Both the position numbers and the translations under genes were made by a program. Under the pieces are notes generated by a model, which made no database searches, had not been told where the DNA came from, and saw only the letters and a list, made by a program, of their open reading frames with translations. Shown one piece after another: positions 1 to 10,385 of a stretch of 64,000 bases of DNA. The DNA lies in IMG/VR virus record IMGVR_UViG_3300032007_000023, positions 32,001 to 96,000 of that record; one strand, given 5' to 3'. Origin of the DNA: a virus. Its lineage: Duplodnaviria; Caudoviricetes. Numbering within the stretch: position 1 is the first letter of the stretch; every line of letters starts with the position of its first letter.

Positions 1-1
1 T

Positions 2-2002
2 CGTGATATAAAGTTCAAGAGAACAAACTTATCCGAATCAGAACAAGAGACAATCGTATCAAAAATAGAAGAGGTTGAGGATAGATTGGAGTTGCATTCT
101 ATAATCAAAAACCATATCGTGTTCAACACTCTTGAATATGGTGAAGGTTATATTTATGCAATCCCATATGCCAAAGTATTCCAGGATCTGTATAAGTACA
201 GATTATCAGCAGGAGATAAACAGAATTCTTTAACCGGAATGGATATGTCAGATACATCATCTGTTCTTAATGGTTTTGGATATGGTGAATCAGCCGTTGA
301 AATATCTTTGAATGATACTATTGTAAATGATGCTGTTGACAGTCGTAATCGTAAGAAAGGAAAGTCCGGTGTATTTACAGAAGCTGAGATTATTGAGATA
401 GATCCTCAATATCGTACAAAGATATTCAATGAAGATGGCTCTGAAAACAAAAAAGCTTCTGCTGAGCAAGATGCATTGGTTGATGATGTTCTCGAATATG
501 TTTGTCATAATATCAGATATATCGAAAAGGACATTGCACTTCCAGTAATCGAAGAATCAGCATGTGATCTTCGTGCTGTGTATAATACAAAATATCATGA
601 TCATGATGGTTTTGTTCAAGAAGTTGATAACTTATTCAACAGAGTTATGAATGATTCTATCTATCAAGAAGATGGTGAGAATCCGGAGGAAAGTATCTCA
701 CATAACTTTGAAGACATTAAGGGAATCTATCTTAAGATATTACCTGCTACAAAACTTATTCCTATTCGTGTTGATAGAAACATTATAGGATATTACTACA
801 TATCAGATCTTACCCGTCCTGAGGAAACAGGTCAACGTCGTAACAGTGGTCTTACTGGTTATACACTTAGATCACCCTCAGTTGGATATGATACATTCTC
901 ACCAGACAGAATGTTCTGTGAGAAACTTGCATCAAAGATTATCAATAACTTCAACATGAAGTTTATGAAGGATAATCTCGCACTGCATGCTCAGATAGTT
1001 TCTATCCTTCAGGCTCATAAATTTAATGACGCTATGATGCGTTTTATTTTTATTCCTGCAGAACATGTCATCCAATGTTCTATCAATAAAGATGGTATAG
1101 GTAAAGGACATTCTATGCTTGAACCAGGATTGGTAACTGCAAGAATGTATATGTTCCTCAAATTATATTCTATTTTATATCAGATCAATAATTCACAGGT
1201 TCGTGTATATAACCTTAGAATGTCTGGTCTTGATACAGACTATCAGAAAATGGTTAATGACACCATTCGTAAGTTTGCTGCACGTAGAGTTACTGTAAAT
1301 GATATCTTCAATTACAGATCATCTATGACAAAAGTCAGTGGTGGCTCTGAATTGATTATGCCGATGGGTGCTGGCGATATAGCTCCTATTACATTTGATA
1401 CAATACCTGCGGCCGAAGCTCCAATAAACAATGATTTACTGGAGCAACTCAAGAATGAATCTATCAATTCAACTCCTGTTCCTTCATTGATGGTTCAAGG
1501 AGGAAATGAATCTCAGATAGAGTTTGCCAAGGAAACTGAATTGGCTAACACTCGTTTCAATACAATGATATCTTCATTCAAGATGGACTTCAATCATGAT
1601 ATAACCAAGCTTTATCGTAAGATACTCAGATGGGAAACAGATATTGATCCTGAAATAATAAGAGATCTTAAGTATGTATTAAGAATGCCAACTGCTAAAA
1701 CATTGAATGTTACAGTTGATATGATTAATAACTATAATTCTCTTCTTGAGGTTCTTATGGATACATTCCTTAAGGATGATGAAAAAGAACAAGATGACAA
1801 ACCAACAGAAACAGCTCGTCAGTTCAAGAAGCTTGTACTTCATGAATATATTCCACAAATCGATATTGATCACTTTGAACAGCTTGCTGCTGATGCTCGT
1901 ACTAAAGCAAATGAAATCAGAATGGAGCAGACTGGTAGAGGCGAAAATATTATTGATTCTGGTCTTGAGGAAGGTATGGAAGAAGAAGGAGGCGAATTTT
2001 AA
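2..2002 (+). CDS. Portal protein (jumbo phage type), 5'-truncated by the window edge
   Basis: Frame is open from base 2 (RDIKFKRTNL...), so the TTG at 86 is not the true start. Contains a portal-like 'NTLEYGEGYIYAIPY' segment, 'KILPATKLIP...IGYYY', 'G.G.S.LE', 'STPVPS', 'EFAK...ANTRF' and an acidic C-terminus; terminase is nearby. Confidence 0.7.
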   Translation, partial: RDIKFKRTNLSESEQETIVSKIEEVEDRLELHSIIKNHIVFNTLEYGEGYIYAIPYAKVFQDLYKYRLSAGDKQNSLTGMDMSDTSSVLNGFGYGESAVEISLNDTIVNDAVDSRNRKKGKSGVFTEAEIIEIDPQYRTKIFNEDGSENKKASAEQDALVDDVLEYVCHNIRYIEKDIALPVIEESACDLRAVYNTKYHDHDGFVQEVDNLFNRVMNDSIYQEDGENPEESISHNFEDIKGIYLKILPATKLIPIRVDRNIIGYYYISDLTRPEETGQRRNSGLTGYTLRSPSVGYDTFSPDRMFCEKLASKIINNFNMKFMKDNLALHAQIVSILQAHKFNDAMMRFIFIPAEHVIQCSINKDGIGKGHSMLEPGLVTARMYMFLKLYSILYQINNSQVRVYNLRMSGLDTDYQKMVNDTIRKFAARRVTVNDIFNYRSSMTKVSGGSELIMPMGAGDIAPITFDTIPAAEAPINNDLLEQLKNESINSTPVPSLMVQGGNESQIEFAKETELANTRFNTMISSFKMDFNHDITKLYRKILRWETDIDPEIIRDLKYVLRMPTAKTLNVTVDMINNYNSLLEVLMDTFLKDDEKEQDDKPTETARQFKKLVLHEYIPQIDIDHFEQLAADARTKANEIRMEQTGRGENIIDSGLEEGMEEEGGEF

Positions 2003-2145
2003 TGGCATATAATGACGACAGAGATCCATATGATGTTGAATATGATGCAAGACTCAATCCGTCTGAAAGATACGAGATGGAAAGTGATTACTCATATATG
2101 GGATCATTAGATCATTTTAGATATGGAACATCAGATGATGATTAA
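2002..2145 (+). CDS. Small acidic hypothetical protein (47 aa, MAYNDDRDPYDVEYD...)
   Basis: ATG overlaps the portal TAA (TAATG), GGAGG lies upstream, and the ORF fills the gap to the helicase RBS. Too short for the ORF track. Confidence 0.6.
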   Translation: MAYNDDRDPYDVEYDARLNPSERYEMESDYSYMGSLDHFRYGTSDDD

Positions 2146-2156
2146 GGAGTGATATA

Positions 2157-3608
2157 ATGAAACTTGAAAAAACTACAACGGGTCTCATTATACATAATCC
2201 AGATGATATAACCAAGAGAAAGATACTTCAATATTTTTCTCTTGTTAATCCAGTAAGAGAATTTTTTATCTATTCTGGTAATGATACATCCAAACGACCT
2301 ATATTCGGAAGAGAACATGATGTCGTTTACATATCATCTGGATTTCTTAATCTGAATGATCAATATATTCAAAGACTGCCTCGTCCATCAGTTATACAAC
2401 CAATAACTCCTAAGAGAATAACTCTCACTATGAACAGACAACCTCGTTCAAAGTTACAGGAAGACTGTATAAATATGATGATCGATCCATCTCGTAAAAC
2501 GAATAAAATCACTATTGAACTAAAACCCGGCGTAGGCAAAACGTTCATTGCAACATATGCGATCTCAAAATTGCAATTGAAACCATTAATTGTTGCACCA
2601 ACAACTCTTTTGAAGAATCAGTGGTGTGATGAATTCAGAGATGTTGGTATTCCAAGATCTAATATAGCTACCGACATATACGATGCTCCAAATAAGGATG
2701 TATGTGTTGTTACTATATCTTCTATTGAGAATGCTTTACGTGATGACTGGGAAGGATTGATGGATGTTGTTCGTAGAGCAGCATTTGGTATCAAGGTAGT
2801 TGACGAAGCACATCTTCATCTAAAGGGAAATCTTAAGTTTGATGCAATATGTAATATACCAAACAACTGGTATCTTTCAGCAACTCTTGGTCGTTCTGAT
2901 TATCAAGAAGACAATATTCTCAATAGGGCATTGTCCGATGCATCAAGATTCATAGGCAATCCTAAATATGAAGAATATCAAAAGCAATATGTAAATGTCT
3001 TCTTCCAGGATATATACTATTATCCATCGACTAAGTTATGCATGGAACATTTCCGTTATGGTAGTAAGGGTCTCATTAAAGCTACCTACTACCGAATGTT
3101 AATGGAATACAAACAAGGTATACCATTCTTAAACAATCTCATTTATATGATGAAAGTTGCAAAGAAGACTACGACATATGATGGAAAGATACTTCTTCTT
3201 GTACCATTGATATCCATAATAGAAAGAGTTATGGAAATGATGAAACGAGATCCTTTCTTCTCACAATATTCTTTTGCTGGTGTTGATGGTAGTATGCCAT
3301 TGGCTGTACGTAAACAAGCAATGGAATCAGATTTCATATTATCAACATCATTGTCAATGGGTACTGGTGTAGATGTTAAGAATCTTGCAGCTGTTATAAA
3401 CTTTGATCAATATTCATCTCCTATAATAGGTGAACAGATATTCGGACGTTTACGTGATAGAGGTAAAGAGACCTGGTATTTTGATATAACCGATCACGTA
3501 CGTCAAGCAAGAATGTTTGAATCATGGGGACGTAAAAGACATTCACTTATTCCATATTATCCGGGAGCTCATGATAATATCAAACAGCTTCCAAATATAA
3601 AGTGCTAA
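2157..3608 (+). CDS. Superfamily 2 DNA/RNA helicase (UvsW-like)
   Basis: Walker A LKPGVGKT, motif Ia IVAPT, DEAH box (VVDEAH), motif III SAT, motif V GTGVDV, motif VI QIFGRLR. Confidence 0.88.
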   Translation: MKLEKTTTGLIIHNPDDITKRKILQYFSLVNPVREFFIYSGNDTSKRPIFGREHDVVYISSGFLNLNDQYIQRLPRPSVIQPITPKRITLTMNRQPRSKLQEDCINMMIDPSRKTNKITIELKPGVGKTFIATYAISKLQLKPLIVAPTTLLKNQWCDEFRDVGIPRSNIATDIYDAPNKDVCVVTISSIENALRDDWEGLMDVVRRAAFGIKVVDEAHLHLKGNLKFDAICNIPNNWYLSATLGRSDYQEDNILNRALSDASRFIGNPKYEEYQKQYVNVFFQDIYYYPSTKLCMEHFRYGSKGLIKATYYRMLMEYKQGIPFLNNLIYMMKVAKKTTTYDGKILLLVPLISIIERVMEMMKRDPFFSQYSFAGVDGSMPLAVRKQAMESDFILSTSLSMGTGVDVKNLAAVINFDQYSSPIIGEQIFGRLRDRGKETWYFDITDHVRQARMFESWGRKRHSLIPYYPGAHDNIKQLPNIKC

Positions 3609-3645
3609 TTCTTTCTTTCTATTTTAAATTCCTCCTTATAACTGC

Positions 3646-3667
3646 GAGTGGGCCAAACGGCCCACTC
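3646..3667 (+). terminator. GC-rich hairpin after the helicase
   Basis: GAGTGGGCC-AAAC-GGCCCACTC 9-bp stem. Confidence 0.6.
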
Positions 3668-3673
3668 AATGTT

Positions 3674-3715
3674 ATATCTATTATTTTGATGCTTCATATA
3701 AATATTATTAATATG
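3674..3715 (+). promoter_or_regulatory. Tandem early-type phage promoter motifs
   Basis: ATATCTATTATTTTGATG (3674-3691) and ATAAATATTATTAATATG (3698-3715) match the recurrent AYAYATATHATT-N5-G motif. Confidence 0.6.
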
Positions 3716-3783
3716 AATAAAGAATAGAAACGAAATCTTTATCAACGTTTCACATCACATCTTTATTCGGAAAGGAACAAATT

Positions 3784-4872
3784 ATGCGACAGTTTATTGA
3801 GTTCGCTGAGTCTGTTAAGGCTCTGGCAGCAACAACCACAAACCTCACACCCGAACAGGTCAATGCACTCTCTGTGCTCGACCCCGAGTTCAAAGAGAAC
3901 GCGGAGAAACTGTATAATGTTTTCTCGGTTCTGTTCACAACACCTATTGTCGAGGAAACAGAAACAGCTGAAATATTTGCTGAGACAGAATCAGGCCCTG
4001 AACCAACCAAGAAGACAGCTAAGAAGAAGACATCCAAAAAGAAGAGAACTCCCAAGCAGAAAGAATATGAGATCCCCGAGGGATTCTATAGACATCCTGT
4101 CTATGAAGAAATCTCGGCCAATAAAGAGGGGACTGTATTGGCATCTGGAAAACCGGTTTCCCTATGTTATTCAACCGGATACCCACAATTTAACAGTCGA
4201 GGAAAAAGACTCATGGTCTCTAGGATGGTATATGAATGCTGCACAGGGGCTGTAATTCCTAAGGGACTGTTTGTCAATTACAAGAATAACGTCAAATCTG
4301 ATGTTAGATTTGAAAATTTGACGATTTCGAAGAAACACGTAAATGGTGCTAGACTCGAAGAATATACCGTTGTTGAGGTTTCTGAGAAAATAGTTGAATA
4401 CACCCAGGCTGGACTTCCCATGTATAAAATACCTGGCAAGATCGCGAGCGAAGTCAACGTATCAGTACACGGAGTTCAATCGATCTTATCCGGAAACTAT
4501 TCCGCAATATCCGGAAAATACTTTTATGTAGGACCGGAAAAGAAAATAGTTGTAGTAAAACAGCAGCCGGAAACAAACCAGAAGCCTATCGTAGATCCTT
4601 GTCAGGCTGTACTGGAAAAGGGTCTTAAAGAAGGAATCGAAGCATTCGATACAAAATTCCTCTCGGGAGAGAAGATAACAAACGGAGACCTCATTGTACC
4701 GATCGTAAGATTTATGTATAACGACGACGGTTCTATGACTTCCTCTGCCACTATAAAGGATAAAATCCGTTCCGAATACGGTTCGGATATAATGCCGTCA
4801 GATAAATTGATCAATGATGTTAAAGAGAAACGTCTCGGCAAGGCAGTTATAGAAGCTGCTCTTAAGAAGTAA
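3784..4872 (+). CDS. Degenerate NUMOD4/HNH-family protein, probably DNA-binding
   Basis: GFYRHPVYEEISANKEG.V (NUMOD4-like), GYPQ...LMVSRMVYE, and VNYKNNVKSDVRFENL (HNH_3 pattern with the catalytic His replaced); Lys-rich linker. Confidence 0.6.
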   Translation: MRQFIEFAESVKALAATTTNLTPEQVNALSVLDPEFKENAEKLYNVFSVLFTTPIVEETETAEIFAETESGPEPTKKTAKKKTSKKKRTPKQKEYEIPEGFYRHPVYEEISANKEGTVLASGKPVSLCYSTGYPQFNSRGKRLMVSRMVYECCTGAVIPKGLFVNYKNNVKSDVRFENLTISKKHVNGARLEEYTVVEVSEKIVEYTQAGLPMYKIPGKIASEVNVSVHGVQSILSGNYSAISGKYFYVGPEKKIVVVKQQPETNQKPIVDPCQAVLEKGLKEGIEAFDTKFLSGEKITNGDLIVPIVRFMYNDDGSMTSSATIKDKIRSEYGSDIMPSDKLINDVKEKRLGKAVIEAALKK

Positions 4873-4884
4873 TCATCTATATAC

Positions 4885-4912
4885 ACGGCCCCGTAATGGG
4901 GCCGTAATTTTT
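4885..4912 (+). terminator. Intrinsic terminator
   Basis: ACGGCCCC-GTAAT-GGGGCCGT followed by AATTTTT. Confidence 0.75.
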
Positions 4913-4932
4913 TGATAAGAGGTGTTTATTAT

Positions 4933-5730
4933 ATGGAAGATATAATTAGAATAAAGCAAAGAGCTTTTGAAGAAATGATACTCTATAAATATATTCTGGA
5001 AGATACACAGGATACTATGAACGTGTTAGGTATTACTAAGATGGAATCACCTAAAGAGTATCCATGGAATCTTTTAGGAGAAATAGTATATTTACCCGAT
5101 ATGATAAAGGAATATGGATCGTATTCTTTATTATCAAATAAAAAACTCATAGAGGTTTTCCTTGATAAATGGATCAGTATGCTTTTTGGAGAACTTCCTT
5201 GTGACTTCGATCCATCAAACTATATCTACAAACATAATAGAGACATATATATTTTGCTACAGAGATATCATAACAATGAAAAACTTACTGTTATTGGTAA
5301 CCAGGTGAATTTATCAAAAGAGAGAACTCGACAGATAATTTCAAAGCTTCTTCGTGAAATGCGTCGGGTTAGAGCATTTAACCAACATGGTATGATAATA
5401 TCATCAAGGACAATTATTAAAAGAATACTACCATTATTCTTTCAACAACGTATTGATCAATTAAATTTTCTTGCAAATCCAATTCCTCAAGAATATATGC
5501 CATATCATAAATACAATGGTAACTTTTGCTTTTTCTGTATATGCTTATTAGATAAAAAATTCAGAGACTTCTACTTTGGAGATATACCTGATTATGATAT
5601 CCACAGGATTACTGCACAGGAGTCGCATGTTCCGGGAGATGATCCACGAGATGAGTATGGCTTTTATGAAGAAACGGCTGTAGTCGACATTGAACATAAC
5701 GCAATAAGAATATCAATAAATCATGATTAA
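4933..5730 (+). CDS. Protein with a sigma70 region-4-like helix-turn-helix
   Basis: RDIYILLQRY...LTVIGNQVNLSKERTRQIISKLLREMR matches the sigma r4 pattern (TLxEIG...LSxERVRQI). Start moved to ATG 4933 behind GAGGTG. Confidence 0.6.
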   Translation: MEDIIRIKQRAFEEMILYKYILEDTQDTMNVLGITKMESPKEYPWNLLGEIVYLPDMIKEYGSYSLLSNKKLIEVFLDKWISMLFGELPCDFDPSNYIYKHNRDIYILLQRYHNNEKLTVIGNQVNLSKERTRQIISKLLREMRRVRAFNQHGMIISSRTIIKRILPLFFQQRIDQLNFLANPIPQEYMPYHKYNGNFCFFCICLLDKKFRDFYFGDIPDYDIHRITAQESHVPGDDPRDEYGFYEETAVVDIEHNAIRISINHD

Positions 5731-5735
5731 TTGTA

Positions 5736-5763
5736 ACGGCCCCTTGATGGGGCCGTATTTTTT
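5736..5763 (+). terminator. Intrinsic terminator between convergent genes
   Basis: ACGGCCCC-TTGAT-GGGGCCGT followed by ATTTTTT; near-identical to the 4885 hairpin. Confidence 0.75.
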
Positions 5764-7980
5764 TTAATATAAACCGAAGAATCCTCCACCACCGATACCA
5801 TTATTACCATACGTATCAAAACCATTGGCAACATTATTTACTTCTCGGAAGAAGGATAAATTAGCAGCGGTAGCATGTGCTACAGGAGCTTGTTGTAATT
5901 GACCATACTGTTGATACTGATTGTGTTTGTAACCATAATCATCATATCCACCGGGATTAGAATATTCATCTCTCAATTGAGATGTTATATCCGATAACAG
6001 TTGTGCTTCATAAGAGTCAGTTAATAATCCAGCAGTATTATCAACACGATCTTCTATTACAGATTGAACATAATCATGCATTATCTCAGGAGCTTTTGAG
6101 TAGCTGCATAGATTTTTGTCAACGCCAAATCTGCCAAGATCAAAACCATACTTGAGAATATACAATGTATGCAAATAAGCCATAACCATATCATCGTGTT
6201 CACCAGAAGCAGCAGCCATCTTACCATTCTTCTGTTGTACAAGGTTACATATATCCTTTACCAAGAATTTGGTATTTATCAGATGACGATATTCATGAGT
6301 AGTTTCTCTCAGGATATTGAACATCATTCTTCTAACCTTATCACCAACAGTTGTTCCATAATAACGTTTAGCATGTGCTCTTTGTTTCATCTTTATTTCT
6401 GTTGGTGTATTTGGATTAGTAACATTCTTTGTTATTTCAGTAGCACGAGGATCATGATAGAATCTGTTTTCGAGCTGAGATTCTTGAACAAAGTCAATTA
6501 TATCAACACCTGTCATATTAGACTCAATACAGAACAATGCTTTCGGTAACATCTTAGCCAACATTGTTACGACTCTCATCAAATCTAATCCACCCATTAA
6601 TGGTGATAATAATTCACCAACAACTTCAAGTGTATATGGATTTAAAATACATATTGCAGTATTATCCCCATCCTTACCAGTTGCACAGTCTATACCAATG
6701 AAGTACGGAATGGTCATATCAAAGTAAGGTGTTGATGAGTTCAGATCAGGTACCTTTATATTATGCTTATAAACATACAGATGATATTTGTTCATTAAGA
6801 ATATATCATAGTCAGGTTCTCTAATATTATTCTGAATGAAGTCAAGATCTTCTTGTCTGAAGAATGCTCCTTCTCCACCACGGAATCTTTGTAACAACAC
6901 ACCACGACGATATTCTCCGAGTGTTCCTTTTTTAAGAGCTTCAGTATATTGCTCTCTAAGATACTGTCCATCCTTACGTAATTGAACGTGGTTGAACTCA
7001 ATGTAGAGCATAGTTACGGCAACTCTATCTTGATCCGGATCATCTGGTTTAGGAACGGACTTCATATGAGCAATTTGTTCAGGTGTATAGTCATAGAACT
7101 CTTCTTTGAACACAGGCATGTTATCCAAAATAGCTTGCCATTCTTTTCCTTCATTTGTTTCCAAATCTCCAGGAGTTGAAGCATACATCATACAAGCACG
7201 TATACCCATTTCACGAGCAGTAATTCTAGCTTGAACGATTGTAGGGTTAGCACCATCGAGAACGGCTTTCATGAAAGGTATGAACTCACACTCATCAGCA
7301 AACCATGTAAACAGAGAGTATCCACGAGTTTTATCAGGAGCATCTACTTCTGACTTGGCTGCTGAAAGAACTGCAATATTTACCTTGTGTGCGTCATACT
7401 TGAGTGATTGCAATCCTGGTGGTTTCTTATCCTTAGCCCAAGGATTCATATACTTAGGAAGTGCCATGACATAATCACGAAGAATACCAACGTTATCGGT
7501 ACAACGTGATTCCTTTGTATGCATGTATGGAATATCACAATTTCGATATTCGAATAACAAAGCATATGCCATTATACCAGTAATGACAGTTGTCTTATAT
7601 GTTTGACGAGGTTGTACTAACTCAAAATCAATACTATTCAACCAACACCAGATAGCAGCACATCCAGCTCGATGTAAATAAAGAGGTAACGTACCAGCAC
7701 CACGAACAGGAACTCGTAATACTTCTCTAAAAAAGAACCATGGATTCTGTTTACATTCACCAAGAATCTTTCCTATGTCCTCAGCGGATATATTTGGATT
7801 ATATGGATCTATATCTTGAACTTTTAAATCAGGTCTTCGTACTTCCAACATGAAATACCAATTCTTTATTCCAAGTTCTTTTAATTCTTTTGCTGTTAAC
7901 AAAAAAGATTTATTCTTCGTTCCAAAATCGTAATATCTTGGTCGTCCTCTATAGTCATCTATTCGGACAATATTAGACAT
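5764..7980 (-). CDS. terL: Terminase large subunit (phiKZ/AR9 type)
   Basis: ECKQNPWFFFREV, Walker A QPRQTYKTT, Walker B FTWFADE, motif III ASTPG, RNase H-fold IGID, IESN and HDDMVMA. Confidence 0.92.
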   Translation of the reverse strand: MSNIVRIDDYRGRPRYYDFGTKNKSFLLTAKELKELGIKNWYFMLEVRRPDLKVQDIDPYNPNISAEDIGKILGECKQNPWFFFREVLRVPVRGAGTLPLYLHRAGCAAIWCWLNSIDFELVQPRQTYKTTVITGIMAYALLFEYRNCDIPYMHTKESRCTDNVGILRDYVMALPKYMNPWAKDKKPPGLQSLKYDAHKVNIAVLSAAKSEVDAPDKTRGYSLFTWFADECEFIPFMKAVLDGANPTIVQARITAREMGIRACMMYASTPGDLETNEGKEWQAILDNMPVFKEEFYDYTPEQIAHMKSVPKPDDPDQDRVAVTMLYIEFNHVQLRKDGQYLREQYTEALKKGTLGEYRRGVLLQRFRGGEGAFFRQEDLDFIQNNIREPDYDIFLMNKYHLYVYKHNIKVPDLNSSTPYFDMTIPYFIGIDCATGKDGDNTAICILNPYTLEVVGELLSPLMGGLDLMRVVTMLAKMLPKALFCIESNMTGVDIIDFVQESQLENRFYHDPRATEITKNVTNPNTPTEIKMKQRAHAKRYYGTTVGDKVRRMMFNILRETTHEYRHLINTKFLVKDICNLVQQKNGKMAAASGEHDDMVMAYLHTLYILKYGFDLGRFGVDKNLCSYSKAPEIMHDYVQSVIEDRVDNTAGLLTDSYEAQLLSDITSQLRDEYSNPGGYDDYGYKHNQYQQYGQLQQAPVAHATAANLSFFREVNNVANGFDTYGNNGIGGGGFFGLY

Positions 7981-8016
7981 TAAAATATCTCCTTTCTAAA
8001 AAATAATAAGAGTATA

Positions 8017-8035
8017 CCGGGGCATATAGCCCCGG
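8017..8035 (-). terminator. GC hairpin between RNAP betaC and terminase
   Basis: CCGGGGC-ATATA-GCCCCGG with a T-rich tail on the minus strand. Confidence 0.6.
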
Positions 8036-8059
8036 AACACCCTATACAGTTTCGTTACA

Positions 8060-10321
8060 TTAGTTATACTGTTTTCTCTGCTGTAATACGGGCAGAAGTT
8101 CTGTGAACTTAGTGAAGAGATAGTTAATATACTCTTGACCTAAACCCATAAAGGTATTGGTTTTACTCATCTGATCAAGGAAGTCTACCATGTCGATCGA
8201 TCCTTGCTTATAAGCAGCATACTGTAAATAGTATGAATGCATAATAAGCATATAGTGGAGATCCGGTATAGATATCGTAACATCCACATTTCCAATCTTA
8301 ACGTCATGAAGTTCATCGATATTACCGATGGTATCATACCAATAAACATCAGTCTTGAGTTTAGTACCTAACAACTTCAGAATGTTCTTCAGATTATCAA
8401 GTTGTGGGAATTGATTGTATTTTGTCGTATCAATTCCGATACCATTCAACTGGCTCATGAGCATTGAGTTATCCTCATACTGTGAACCACGATAGTATGT
8501 TGAAATCTTAGCAAATGCTTTAACTCCCATTCCCGCAAGGAAGTTATAAGTATCATATTCACCGTACTTGATGGGGTTATCTGAATACGGTATAAGATTC
8601 TTATTGTAACGACGTGTTTTAACAGGCTGATCGTAGAGAGTTGTTCTACCTGTTGCAACAGTTGACATAGCCTTTGATGGTTCCTGTTTGAGTACCCATG
8701 TGTACTGGTAACCTACCGGATACTCACCATCAAGTTCTACCCATCTGTGACGAAGTTTTGCTTCGATCTTATAATACTTCATAATGTCAGGCCATTTCTC
8801 ATAGCTTTCAATTAATGAATCACGAACACACTTTTCATTCAGAGGTTGGATCTGAATATAGAATCCGTTTCTAATAAGATCAGCGTATGTTTCTTCAGGA
8901 GCTTCATTATAGACACGCTTTAATTCTTCACCCTGTTCGGGATTGAATGTTGATACAAATTCAATTGCAAGATTCATAATAGATTCATGTGATTCTTTGT
9001 TCTTATCCATTTCAAGGATATGATCCCACATTCTTTCCATCATGAAAGTCATTGATGATTCATATGTTGCAAATGCAATGATTCTATTAGGAACCGCAAG
9101 AGCATTGCATAACATATCAATCGGTCTGCCATCCTTAGTACGAGGCATCAGCTGCCACGGAATTATCTGTGCTATAACAGACTTGTTTCCATAACGTCCA
9201 ACAACCTTCTGTCCTACATGAATATCCTTAGGCTGAAGTATTGTGAACTTTATTACCGTATCAACAATATCTTCCTTGGTTACCCATTTAGATGTATTAA
9301 GGTACTTCTCTGCCTGATGGTATATATCAAGTAATGATGTATCATCCTGATATGGATCAACAACAATAGTTGAGATGAATGCATATATATCAGAATACCA
9401 GTCACGTATCTGACCAAGATAATAGTTGTACTGATCATTATCAACATCGACATTTGAATATATGTCCATATCAACAACGATACCATGTGAGCAGTAATTT
9501 GTATCGTTTATGTGAGGTATTAAAGCCTCGGATGCAGAAGATAGATAAGAATTTTCTCTGATAGAACAGAGTATATCATTCTGAATTTCTTCTCCAACAT
9601 TTGGGAATGGTTTATACAGCTGATCATTACCATACTTATTCAACAAGAATGAACTCTGTTTGATGTTAACAGTAACGATATCAACCATGTCATATGCCAA
9701 AGCTTCAGCTGCTCTGTCTGAGATAACAAGAGCATCTTCTGTAAGCTCAGGCTTAACAGTATATACCATACGAAGATTTCTTCCTGCACAGTAATTATCA
9801 TTTACATATGAGGATGATTGTGCTATCGTTGTTCCTTTTGGTAAAATGTCTCCATCATTAAACTTACCATGAATAGCATTATTCATACGGAAACCATACT
9901 TCTCAACAAGGTGATGTGCAGGTTTAACGATCTCACAAGAATATTTTCCTGTACGGAGATTCTTGAAGATGTAAGCGACTGGAGACACAGCCGAATCCTT
10001 GAACTTTCTGAATGTCTTTACCAGCTTATAGTCATCCTTGGCTTTTATATTCCAAGATGATCTATCACCGAACTCATTCTCAGCACCTGTGAATACACGT
10101 GCGAATTCAGGATTACGAAGAACAACTCTTTGTGATGTATGACGCGTGCCCATAACACCACGAACTGTAGATATCTTGTCTGGGAACACCATTGCTGATG
10201 CACCAAACAAAGACATTGGTGATACTTCTTTAGCTCTTTTTTCGATTTCAGAAGCATTGTTCATCGTACCACGACGACGACGTATTTTGTTGTTTACAGT
10301 GTTAATCTCTTTCTGTTCCAT
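8060..10321 (-). CDS. rpoB: Phage multisubunit RNA polymerase beta subunit, C-terminal half (probably non-virion RNAP, phiKZ gp71-73/AR9 gp089-like)
   Basis: R..M..RH.SQ...P...VFTG.E, GRNL, TEDALVIS, GQKVVGRYGNKSVI, MPRTKDGRPIDML.N...VPNR, YGEYD. About 750 aa and preceded by an early-type promoter. Confidence 0.9.
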   Translation of the reverse strand: MEQKEINTVNNKIRRRRGTMNNASEIEKRAKEVSPMSLFGASAMVFPDKISTVRGVMGTRHTSQRVVLRNPEFARVFTGAENEFGDRSSWNIKAKDDYKLVKTFRKFKDSAVSPVAYIFKNLRTGKYSCEIVKPAHHLVEKYGFRMNNAIHGKFNDGDILPKGTTIAQSSSYVNDNYCAGRNLRMVYTVKPELTEDALVISDRAAEALAYDMVDIVTVNIKQSSFLLNKYGNDQLYKPFPNVGEEIQNDILCSIRENSYLSSASEALIPHINDTNYCSHGIVVDMDIYSNVDVDNDQYNYYLGQIRDWYSDIYAFISTIVVDPYQDDTSLLDIYHQAEKYLNTSKWVTKEDIVDTVIKFTILQPKDIHVGQKVVGRYGNKSVIAQIIPWQLMPRTKDGRPIDMLCNALAVPNRIIAFATYESSMTFMMERMWDHILEMDKNKESHESIMNLAIEFVSTFNPEQGEELKRVYNEAPEETYADLIRNGFYIQIQPLNEKCVRDSLIESYEKWPDIMKYYKIEAKLRHRWVELDGEYPVGYQYTWVLKQEPSKAMSTVATGRTTLYDQPVKTRRYNKNLIPYSDNPIKYGEYDTYNFLAGMGVKAFAKISTYYRGSQYEDNSMLMSQLNGIGIDTTKYNQFPQLDNLKNILKLLGTKLKTDVYWYDTIGNIDELHDVKIGNVDVTISIPDLHYMLIMHSYYLQYAAYKQGSIDMVDFLDQMSKTNTFMGLGQEYINYLFTKFTELLPVLQQRKQYN

Positions 10322-10367
10322 GCCTTATCACTCCTATGTTTTAGATTTTAACAAGATTTCCTCCTTT

Positions 10368-10385
10368 CGGAAGAATTATATATGT
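10368..10385 (-). promoter_or_regulatory. Early-type phage promoter upstream of RNAP betaC
   Basis: Minus strand ACATATATAATTCTTCCG matches the recurrent motif. Confidence 0.6.
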
